The notes below the pieces were generated by a model. The model made no database searches and was not told the origin of the DNA. It saw only the letters and a program-made list of their open reading frames with translations. Shown here in pieces: positions 29,690-37,748 of a stretch of DNA of 64,000 nt (position 1 is the stretch's first letter; the number at the start of each line of letters is the position of its first letter). The stretch spans positions 576,001 to 640,000 of the forward strand of contig CAVQNG010000003.1 in the NCBI GenBank assembly GCA_963713825.1, written 5' to 3'. The DNA is from an uncultured Acidobacteriota bacterium. Lineage in GTDB: Bacteria > Acidobacteriota > Thermoanaerobaculia > Multivoradales > JAHEKO01. The position numbers were made by a program, and so were the translations under genes.

Positions 29690-29853
29690 GAGGTCCGTCC
29701 GGGTGGTTCGCAGGCGGACGGCGTCGGCTACTCAGACTGCAACGGGCGGGCCGCCACCTTGTCACGTCATCGCGCCTCATCTCTTGTGTTCTGCGATGGT
29801 CCTTGCGCTGCGCTCGACGTGGCACCCCCTGTCGAACCACCCGGACGAACCTC
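29690..29853. mobile_element. MITE-like element, 164 bp with 21-bp terminal inverted repeats
   Basis: GAGGTCCGTCCGGGTGGTTCG ... CGAACCACCCGGACGAACCTC (1 mismatch); homologous inverted copy at 41045-41208. Confidence 0.75.
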
Positions 29854-29869
29854 TGGCACCGGTGGTCGC

Positions 29870-30030
29870 ATTGAGGCAGTGGGGCACTGAAGGCGTAGGG
29901 GCTTAGGGGACAGAAGACTCGTAGGTACAGAAGTACAAGGCCGTGCCCAGGGTTCGGCGTGGGGACCTCCAGGGGGTTCTTGCAGCGGAAGGGAGGATAG
30001 CCCCCTGGGGGCCCCACGGTGAACGCCTCC
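29870..30030. repeat. G-rich octamer remnants and long imperfect hairpin between convergent genes
   Basis: GGCGTAGGGGCTTAGGGG; CGTGGGGACCTCCAGGGGG ... CCCCCTGGGGGCCCCACG. Confidence 0.6.
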
Positions 30031-30084
30031 TTGGAAGAACGGTTTGGGTTGACGCACAAAAGGGCCGCAGAGGCGCCGGTCGAA

Positions 30085-31602
30085 TCAGGAAAGCGAGAAG
30101 AAGGATTGGATCTTCCGCAGAAAGGTCTTCTCATCTTCCACGGAGACTTCGGCTGCCGCTCGACTGCGGCGATCTTCCAGCGTCTCGAGGGTGTCAATGC
30201 GGCGGGCTGCCAGAGCTCGACTCAGGAGCTCGGCAATACGGGGGTCGGCTTCCAGGGTCAGGGCCAGTGCCTGCTTGGTGAGGACCAGAACACCGCACGC
30301 ATCTCTGGCGATGATCGTTGCGCTACGCGGCTCGCCAGTCAGCAGCGACATCTCGCCGAAGAAGGCTCCCTCTTCCAAGATCGCCAGGTCGACGTGCCTG
30401 CCCTCTGCCTCGGGATCCGACTTCGTCACCCGAACGGCACCCTTCTCGACCACGAACAGGGAGTCGCCATCCTCGTCCTCTCGTACGAGGACCTCGCCCG
30501 CATCGAAGAGCTTGCGCAGTGAAGATGCGGCGAGCTGCCGTACGATCTCGTCGTCGAGCTCTCGGAAGATATCGACCCTCGAGAACAGCTCGGATGCCTT
30601 GCGCAGTGCTTTGCTTTGCCGATGCTCCTCCATGTCGGGCGCTTCGTGCATGTGGATCGTGCGGATGGGGAAGGGAATCTCGATGCCGTGCCGCTTGAGC
30701 TGATACCAGATGCGCGAGTTGACACCATCCTTGAAGCGAGAGATGTTCGCCGCTCGCCGCGTCCATACCCGCATGAAGTACGTAATCGCGTGGTCGTCGA
30801 AGCTCTCGAGATGTACCCGCACCGGAGGGCGATCGAGTGCTCCTGGCGCAGACAGCGCCGCCTCCTGTAGGACTTCCTTGATCTCGGCTGGCGGAACTCC
30901 ATAGGGAAGACCTATGCGCAGCTCGACTGCGAACGGTCTCTCTCCGGAGCCGTAATTAATCAGCCGAGACACCGAGAGATTGGCGTTCGGCTCATAGACG
31001 TCGAGGCCCTCCTTGGTGCGCAGGTGAGTACTGCGCCAGGACATGTCCACCACCTGGGCCCGGACGCCCCCTTCGATCACCAACCAGTCACCCGGACGAA
31101 AGGGCTTCTCCAGATCGAGCGCCATGCCCGAGAAGACGTTCTTCAGCGTGTCCTGCAAAGCGAGGCCGATCACGGCGGACAGCACGGTCGAGGAGACCAG
31201 CACCGGCCCGATCGGCTGGTGCAGGATCTCGGTAACCGCGAAGAATCCGACGGCGATCAGGAGGCCCAGTCGTAAGACGTCGCGCGCCAGCTTCGGCACC
31301 AATGGTCCCTGGTCTCTGCCCCAGGGTCGTTGAAGAACCAAGGCATCCATGAAGGCATAGAGAACCAGGGTGGAGAACAACAGTGCAACGGTAGTAGCAA
31401 TGCCACCGAAGGCGGATCCGAGCAGGTCGATCCCCAGGGATCGCAGAATTGCCAGCACCGCTAAGCTCAAAGCCCAGAGGTGATAGACGACATTGAGGCT
31501 GAACCTGGGGACTTTCTTCCTCAACAGGAAGTACAGCGCCTCCAAGAACAGAAAGACTCCCGCACCAACTGCCAACGCCATCACCCACTGTCTCCAGGCC
31601 AT
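30085..31602 (-). CDS. MscS-family channel with C-terminal cyclic-nucleotide-binding domain
   Basis: GLALQDTLKNVFSG, KPFRPGDW, GIEIPFP; cNMP domain FFGEMSLLTGEPRSATI. Confidence 0.92.
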   Translation of the reverse strand: MAWRQWVMALAVGAGVFLFLEALYFLLRKKVPRFSLNVVYHLWALSLAVLAILRSLGIDLLGSAFGGIATTVALLFSTLVLYAFMDALVLQRPWGRDQGPLVPKLARDVLRLGLLIAVGFFAVTEILHQPIGPVLVSSTVLSAVIGLALQDTLKNVFSGMALDLEKPFRPGDWLVIEGGVRAQVVDMSWRSTHLRTKEGLDVYEPNANLSVSRLINYGSGERPFAVELRIGLPYGVPPAEIKEVLQEAALSAPGALDRPPVRVHLESFDDHAITYFMRVWTRRAANISRFKDGVNSRIWYQLKRHGIEIPFPIRTIHMHEAPDMEEHRQSKALRKASELFSRVDIFRELDDEIVRQLAASSLRKLFDAGEVLVREDEDGDSLFVVEKGAVRVTKSDPEAEGRHVDLAILEEGAFFGEMSLLTGEPRSATIIARDACGVLVLTKQALALTLEADPRIAELLSRALAARRIDTLETLEDRRSRAAAEVSVEDEKTFLRKIQSFFSLS

Positions 31603-31732
31603 CGTGGTCTGAGCTTACTAGAAAGGCCGACTCTCACCCGAGAGATGAAAGGCTCTGATCCGGCTGTTCAGAGATAGACTTCCCATTCAAGAGTTGAACG
31701 ACCGATCGACCGGATCGAGGAGAGAAAAGCTC

Positions 31733-32137
31733 ATGAGAATCAAGCAGCCTTGGCTGGTGATTGTTCTAGCCGTCGCCCTGTTCAGCCTGACCATCGCCTG
31801 CTCATCTACCAAGACGGTCAAGGAACGGCCCTACAAAGGCCAGGCGGGACGCACTTTCATCAACGAGGAGTCAGGGCCCGCCTACGGTCTCGTGGTGGAG
31901 CTCTCCGGGAGCGCGATCGTCGTCACGGATCCCCAGACCGGCATGGCGGGACCATTCAAGAACGTCCAGGGTAATGGCACCACGCGCCTCACCTTGAGCA
32001 ATTCCTCGGCGCCTATCGCCGTCGGGGGTGAAGGGTTCAAGCTCATCTTCCGGTCTTACCCTTCCGGCCTCAAGATTCGCAGCTGGTGGTGGATCAACCA
32101 AAAAGGCAAGCGGCTCGGTAAAAAGAAGTCTGGGTAG
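31733..32137 (+). CDS. Basic hypothetical lipoprotein
   Basis: ATG after GAGGAG; lipobox TIAC; Lys-rich C-terminus. Confidence 0.65.
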   Translation: MRIKQPWLVIVLAVALFSLTIACSSTKTVKERPYKGQAGRTFINEESGPAYGLVVELSGSAIVVTDPQTGMAGPFKNVQGNGTTRLTLSNSSAPIAVGGEGFKLIFRSYPSGLKIRSWWWINQKGKRLGKKKSG

Positions 32138-32148
32138 ATCATTCCGTG

Positions 32149-32298
32149 ATGTCCGTGGTGCGAGATGAGCTCGCCCGCTGGGTGGGGGCTGCGACTGCTG
32201 TTGTCTTTCTTCTCTTCGGCAAGGGCTTGACCGACCTCGGTCGAGTGACCTGGTACGGCCTTCTGTGGGCAGCCCCTGTTGTCCTGATCTTCGCGTGA
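32149..32298 (+). CDS. 49-aa hydrophobic ORF, possibly a remnant of a cation antiporter N-terminus
   Basis: MSVVRDELARWVGAATAVVFLLFGKGLTDLGRVTWYGLLWAAPVVLIFA; below the ORF-track cutoff; no clear RBS. Confidence 0.3.
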   Translation: MSVVRDELARWVGAATAVVFLLFGKGLTDLGRVTWYGLLWAAPVVLIFA

Positions 32299-32311
32299 GA
32301 ACACAGGCACC

Positions 32312-34123
32312 ATGAACGAAGTCTTCCTCATCCTGCTGGGCGCAGCGATCCTCTTCGCCAGCAACCGGGTGCGGCCCGATGTCGTGGCGCTGCTGACGGT
32401 GCTGGCGCTCATGCTGACCGAAGTCTTGACCCCGCGCGAGGCCTTGGCCGGATTCGGTGACCCCGTGATCATCGTGATCGCCGGGCTTCTCGTGGTCGGA
32501 GAGGCTCTGACCCGCACCGGAGTCGCACAGGCCATCAGTCGGTGGATCATGCGGTTTGCCGGCAGCAACGAAACTCGGATTCTCATCCTGCTGATGGCTT
32601 CCGCGGGGCTTCTCGGGGCCGTGATGAGCTCGACAGCCGTCGTCGCGATCTTCATTCCGGTCGCTTTGGCGATTGGGCGCAAGAGCGGTGTCGCACCCTC
32701 TCGGCTGCTCATCCCGCTGAGCTATGCGTCTCTGATCAGCGGCATGCTCACGCTAATTGCCACGACACCCAATCTCGTGGCCAGCTCCGAGCTCGACAAG
32801 GCCGGATTCGAACCCTTCAACTTCTTCGATTTCACCCCGCTTGGCCTGACGGTCTTGGTATTGGGCATCGCCTATATTGTTCTGTTCGGCAGACGCTTCC
32901 TGCCGGGTCAAGAGAGAACCCCGGTCGAGACTGTGAGGCAGGGAATGCGAGAGCTCCTCGCCGAATTCGACATTCCGGGCCAGGCCGACCGACTGCGGAT
33001 CTCTCCTCTATCGCCGCTCGTCGGCCGGACCCTCGTCGACTCGGAGATCGGGACCCGCTACGACGCCTGGATCGTCCTGCTCGAGCGAGAGGAGCGCCTG
33101 GGACGGGTCACCAAGGCTTCGCCCAGCGGTGATCTGACGCTGCGGGCCGGAGATGTGCTGGTCGTCGGTGGAGCGCAAGAGAGCATCGACCAACTCGTCA
33201 ACGAGACCGAGCTCGAGCGACTGCCCCTGGAGGATCGACATCGGCGGCGCTGGCTGCGGGATGTTGGACTGGCCATCGTTCTCGTTCACCCTGAATCCCG
33301 GATGTTGGGCAAGTCCCTGAAGAAAGGCCGGTTCCGTTCGCGATACTCACTGAATGTGCTGGCCGTCCGTCGAAAAGGCAAGATCTTGGACTCGTTCCTC
33401 GATAAGTCACTCCAAGTCGGCGACGAGCTGTTGCTGCTGGGCTCATGGGATCTCATTGGAAGACTGCAGCGATTCGGTCATGACTTCGTGCTTCTGGCCC
33501 TGCCTGCGGAGCTTCAGGAGATGGCACCAGCGAGACGCCTGGCCCCGGTTGCTCTGCTGATCCTGATCGGAATGGTTCTGCTCACCGCCCTCGAGATCGT
33601 GCCAATCGTCGTGGCGGTGATGTTGGCCGCCCTGGCCGTGGTCGCAACTCGCACACTGACGATGGAAGACGCCTACAGATCCATCCACCTGAGCAGTCTG
33701 GTTCTGGTCGCAGGCATGCTGCCGGTGGCAGATGCCCTACAGAAGACAGGCGGCGTGGATTTGGTCGTTGGTGGTCTGGTTTCGGGCCTCGGTGACTCAG
33801 GCCCCTACCTGATGCTGTCAGCGCTGTTCTGGATGACGGCTGGTCTGGGGGTGTTTCTCTCCAACACCGCTACGGCTGTGCTCATGGCTCCAATCGCCAT
33901 CGGAGCAGCCCAAGCGGTGGGGGTTTCACCCTACGCCTTCGTCATGACCATCGCGATCGCCGCATCAGCGGTCTTCATGAGCCCGTTTTCCACGCCCGTA
34001 GTGACCCTGGTCGTGGCTCCAGGGGGCTACCGCTTCTCTGATTTTCTCAAGGTGGGGACACCATTGGTAATCCTGACGTGGCTGGTCGCCTTACTGCTGA
34101 TTCCGCTGCTCTTCCCCTTCTAG
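32312..34123 (+). CDS. SLC13/CitMHS-type permease with two TrkA-C domains
   Basis: RPDVVAL, LIPLSYASLISGMLTLIATTPNL, SNTATAVL, PGGYRFSDFLKVG. Confidence 0.92.
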   Translation: MNEVFLILLGAAILFASNRVRPDVVALLTVLALMLTEVLTPREALAGFGDPVIIVIAGLLVVGEALTRTGVAQAISRWIMRFAGSNETRILILLMASAGLLGAVMSSTAVVAIFIPVALAIGRKSGVAPSRLLIPLSYASLISGMLTLIATTPNLVASSELDKAGFEPFNFFDFTPLGLTVLVLGIAYIVLFGRRFLPGQERTPVETVRQGMRELLAEFDIPGQADRLRISPLSPLVGRTLVDSEIGTRYDAWIVLLEREERLGRVTKASPSGDLTLRAGDVLVVGGAQESIDQLVNETELERLPLEDRHRRRWLRDVGLAIVLVHPESRMLGKSLKKGRFRSRYSLNVLAVRRKGKILDSFLDKSLQVGDELLLLGSWDLIGRLQRFGHDFVLLALPAELQEMAPARRLAPVALLILIGMVLLTALEIVPIVVAVMLAALAVVATRTLTMEDAYRSIHLSSLVLVAGMLPVADALQKTGGVDLVVGGLVSGLGDSGPYLMLSALFWMTAGLGVFLSNTATAVLMAPIAIGAAQAVGVSPYAFVMTIAIAASAVFMSPFSTPVVTLVVAPGGYRFSDFLKVGTPLVILTWLVALLLIPLLFPF

Positions 34124-34154
34124 CTAGCAACTTCTCGGCGGCCGACTGGGGGGT

Positions 34155-34340
34155 TCAGGCGGGGTCGGTTGGATTCGAGGAGTCAGCACCGGGCTCGGCC
34201 TCGGTGTCGTTTGGACTACATTCCTTCCGGCGACCTGCCGGATTGGGCACCCCTCACGTAGGCACCCCCAGGCGCGGCAGTACCACGTACTGCAGCAGGA
34301 TCCAGCCCACGATGATGCCGATGAAAAGGAGATTATCCAT
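34155..34340 (-). CDS. Putative small membrane selenoprotein (61 aa, Sec at codon 29)
   Basis: MDNLLFIGIIVGWILLQYVVLPRLGVPT-UGA(34254-34256)-GVPNPAGRRKECSPNDTEAEPGADSSNPTDPA; TM helix followed by in-frame UGA and a SECIS-like hairpin. Confidence 0.7.
34226..34242 (-). promoter_or_regulatory. Bacterial SECIS-like hairpin
   Basis: UCCGGC-AGGUC-GCCGGA, 17 nt, exactly 11 nt after the UGA; apical GCAGGUC as in the E. coli fdhF SECIS. Confidence 0.7.
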
Positions 34341-34528
34341 AGTTCTCGCTCTCGTCCTTCACCTTAACAGGCTGGACGCCTGTTTCATTCCAGATACGGT
34401 CCTGGGGTCGTGAGGTCTTGGAGTCCTGCAACATGCGGGAGTAGGGACCTAGGTGAGCAGGGGGGCGAATGAGACCGCGGGTTGCTTTGGGGCAATGGAC
34501 CGTGAGGGAGGGGGTCCCACTGCTCAAG

Positions 34529-34646
34529 GAAGCGGCCGGCAGAGGCGCCGGCCGCTTCTGTCCTCAAAGATCAGCCGAGGCACGCCGGCTGCCTCAACCC
34601 CAAGCCCTCAGAGAACGCCCGGCGGTGAGCCGGGCGCCTCGACCCT
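34529..34646. repeat. Composite repeat: 12-bp perfect hairpin + two C-rich/hairpin units
   Basis: GAAGCGGCCGGC-AGAGGC-GCCGGCCGCTTC; then CCTCAAAGA-hairpin-CCTCAACCCCAAGCCCTCAGAGA-hairpin-CCTCGACCC. Confidence 0.8.
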
Positions 34647-34738
34647 GACGACCCGAGCCGATAGCAATCGCTAGCGGTGAAATCGAATACACTTGCGCCG
34701 ACTCGAAGCAGGGGCATAGCCCTCGAGGGAGGCTGACA

Positions 34739-35604
34739 ATGCAAGAGATGTTCTCGAAGCGATGGTTCCGAATCCTCATTGGCGTTCTGGCCGTGTTGGC
34801 GTCGGTGTTCATGGGCCGCTATCAGCGCCAGACAGGGCCTACGTATCCGGTTCCCGTGAGTGAAGAGCTCGCCGGTTCGAGCATCTCCGGCAAACTGATA
34901 CGCACCCACGGCGGGGCAGGAGATGCCCATGTCACGTTGAGCGTCGCGTCCTCCACAGCCGAGGGTGAGGTTCTCTGGCGACGCTATCCCACCAACGAGG
35001 ATTGGGGCCGGCTCCCCATGCAGCGCGAGGGGGGGAGCTCGCGGCAGACCTGCCTCATCAGATCCCAGCAGCGAAGCTCGAATACTCCGTGCGACTGACC
35101 GACAGTGGGCAGGAGGTAGTCCTCCCGCACGGCGAGACGGCAGTCATCCGCTTCCGTGATGACGTACCGGCCTGGGTTCTCATACCTCACATCATTTTCA
35201 TGTTCGTATCCCTGGCCATCGTCTTCAGGGCAGCGTTTGGTGCTTTGCTGGGGGAGGACAACGTACGCCGCTTCATTCCCTGGGCTCTCGGATTCCTGCT
35301 GCCGGGGGGATTCCTGCTGGGGCCCCTCGTTCAGAAGTTTGCCTTCGACGCTTACTGGACGGGCTGGCCCTTTGGTGGCGACTGGACCGACAACAAGACA
35401 CTCGCCGCACTGGTAGCCTGGTTGATCGCCTGGTACATCTGCCGGCAATGGCCTCGCTTCGAACGACTCGCCATCCTCTTTGCCTCCGTCGTCATGCTGG
35501 GGGTCTATCTGATTCCCCACAGCATTCACGGCAGCGAGCTGGATTGGTCCCAAATGGAAGCGGTAGCAACCGAGCCAGCCCCCGAGGCGGCCGACGGAGG
35601 CTAG
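34739..35604 (+). pseudogene. Hypothetical membrane protein, frameshifted at a G7 run
   Basis: ORF 34739.. (YQRQTGPTYP...PMQREG) joins ORF ..35604 (GELAADLPHQ...VQKFAFDAYWTGWPFGGDWTDNKTL) if G7 at 35029-35035 becomes G8; span is 3n+2. Confidence 0.8.
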
Positions 35605-35640
35605 ACACAGATTCGCTGTTGCAAGGCGTCAGGATCTCGA

Positions 35641-35746
35641 GACCCCTACGCCCTGAAGCCCCTGAGCCTCTATTGCCCAGGACCCAAGCCCTCAAGGACC
35701 GGCCGAGACAAAGTCCGGCCGCCTCAACCCCCAAGCCCTCATTGCC
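35641..35746. repeat. Composite repeat (C-rich octamers + hairpin unit)
   Basis: CCCCTACG CCCTGAAG CCCCTGAG; CCCAAGCCCTCAAGGA-CGGCCG..CGGCCG-CCTCAACCCCCAAGCCCTC. Confidence 0.8.
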
Positions 35747-37294
35747 TCAGTGCTTGTGCACGTCCTTGTGCATCAGGCGCCGGCTGGCCTTCAGGCGCTC
35801 ACCGGCGGGTAGAGCCTTCAATCGGGCATTGAGCCCTTCATCGGACTCACCTTCGAGCTTGCCGATCACGAGATCGATGAGGCGAGGCGACAAACCCCGT
35901 GCCTCGAAGAACTCCCGATTCTCGCCAAGGCTACGAGCGGCGGCCACGGCGCTTGCCGGTAGCTGGTCCAGAGAGTCTCCTGCTTCCGGTGTCTCAGCCC
36001 TGCCGTCGCTGACTTCGAGCTGGCGAGCCAGATCCTCCGACTCGGCCGATGAAAGTCCCTCTTCGACACAGAGAGTCACGGCAGCCAAAAGGAGCTGCGA
36101 GAAAGCACTTCCATCTGGGCTTCGATACTCCACCGTCGTCCGCGCCAGGCTCTCGGGGTAAGAACCGGTTTCTGCCGAGTTCGTGACCTGATCCAAGCGA
36201 CCCTCGGTGGCGAAATCGAGGGGAACTCGGATGAGACTCGTGCGATTCCGCTCTCCCCAGCAGACGTTGGTCGGCGCTTCCTGTCCCGGTACCAGTCGCA
36301 GATAGCTCGCCGCCACGGTGTTACCGAAGGCCGTCAGCGGTGCCGCTCTCTCGAGCAAGCCGCCGATCATGCGGAGAGATTCTCCTGAGAGCTCGCCACC
36401 AGCATCGCGCATGACGCTCTCACCAGACCGCTGTAAGGCCAGGTGAAGGTGCAGACCGCTGCCAGCCATGCCCTGATCCAGTTTCGGCACGTAGGTCACC
36501 GACGCATCGTGGCGATCGGCGATCACCCTGACCAACCAACGCGTGACGGCCAGCCAGCAGGCCAGGTCCTCGACCGGCATGAGGTCGAACTCCAACTCGT
36601 ACTGCTCTACTCTGCGGCCATCGAGCTCGGCCTCCTCGGACTCCAAACGATCGATGTAGCCCACCTCGCTGTGGCAGTACTTGACCTTGCCGGAAACAGC
36701 CGACGCCACACGCAGGATCTCGTCGGCCACGGTATGACCATGCAAGTAGGGCGCACTCTGGTGATAGTTGCGCTGCGATTTGCCGGTGAACCTGTCGTCG
36801 GATCGCTCGAGGACCAGGTAGAACTCCAGCTCGGCCAGGGCCTCCAATTCGAGGCCGGTCCTGTTGCGTAGGCGCTCGGCCGCGGTCACCACGACATTGT
36901 CAGGTGTGCTGACACAGGGTTGCCCCCGATGGTCGACGAAGCGACAGACGATGTCCAGCTCATCGTCGGCGAAGGGGTTCAAGAAGGCCCAGCGATAGAC
37001 CGGCACGGCGTAAAGATCACTCTCCCCAGTGGGGAAGAGCCCGGGGAAGAGACTCGACCCATCGACGCGCTCACCACCCGCCAGGATCCGCTCGAGGTAT
37101 GCACGGTTGTTCACCGGCAACCTCAACTCCCTCAGCTTGCCGTCGAACGAGGTGTAGCGGAAGTTCACCACCTGAATGCCATCGGCCAGGCAGAGCTCCA
37201 GCAGATCGGAGCGCTGCCATTGCTCCGGAGGCTTACCCAGCCGGCGTACCAGAGGCCGGATATCCCACGTCAGATCCCCTGATTTCGATTCCAT
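35747..37294 (-). CDS. Glutamine synthetase family protein
   Basis: DGSS, ELEFY, HSEVG..QYE, GSGLHLH, SYLRLVPGQEAP, NRTSLIRVP, EYRSPD; ATG 37294 after GGAG. Confidence 0.9.
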   Translation of the reverse strand: MESKSGDLTWDIRPLVRRLGKPPEQWQRSDLLELCLADGIQVVNFRYTSFDGKLRELRLPVNNRAYLERILAGGERVDGSSLFPGLFPTGESDLYAVPVYRWAFLNPFADDELDIVCRFVDHRGQPCVSTPDNVVVTAAERLRNRTGLELEALAELEFYLVLERSDDRFTGKSQRNYHQSAPYLHGHTVADEILRVASAVSGKVKYCHSEVGYIDRLESEEAELDGRRVEQYELEFDLMPVEDLACWLAVTRWLVRVIADRHDASVTYVPKLDQGMAGSGLHLHLALQRSGESVMRDAGGELSGESLRMIGGLLERAAPLTAFGNTVAASYLRLVPGQEAPTNVCWGERNRTSLIRVPLDFATEGRLDQVTNSAETGSYPESLARTTVEYRSPDGSAFSQLLLAAVTLCVEEGLSSAESEDLARQLEVSDGRAETPEAGDSLDQLPASAVAAARSLGENREFFEARGLSPRLIDLVIGKLEGESDEGLNARLKALPAGERLKASRRLMHKDVHKH

Positions 37295-37624
37295 TTTTGT
37301 CTCCACCCGAGCGAGCTTAGCAGGGTGGTTCATATTTCTGCAGCGCGGCATCCCACATTCTTGAATCTGCACCAGCCCATGAAAGTCACCACCATAAGTT
37401 GCTTCTTTACAGCTATTTACACTCCCATCTCTCGATGGGCCGGCGACAGGGTCCGTCACTTCGGAGGAGAAATTCTTCAAGATTCTGCACCTGCACTAGG
37501 AAGTTCCAGTCACCTGAATCCCTGGGTACACGCTTCACGAAATTGAATCCGTGTCCCGAATCGTCAATGTTCCTCTTGCTCCTCAGCCAGATGCGGCCAG
37601 TCGTTCGCTCGAGCTTTCGGCGTT

Positions 37625-37640
37625 TGGCACCCTCCTTGCT
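37625..37640 (+). promoter_or_regulatory. Sigma54 (-24/-12) promoter
   Basis: TGGCACCCTCCTTGCT: GG-N10-GC matching TGGCAC-N5-TTGCW, about 110 nt upstream of the receptor start. Confidence 0.75.
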
Positions 37641-37748
37641 CTAGGCCCACCTGACGAGAGCGATTCACAGCGCGCAGATCCACGTGGAGTTCCGTTCTCG
37701 CGAGCAGCACGCAGCCACATCGATCCAACTACCCAAGGAGGATCACCC

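Noticed and set aside
34155-34157. Second UGA of the selenoprotein as another Sec codon
   Set aside because: No comparable hairpin at the right spacing, and readthrough would run into the convergent permease.
37360-37500. NtrC-type enhancer sites (TGCACC half-sites)
   Set aside because: Only half-sites; no complete TGCACC-N5-TGGTGCA palindrome.
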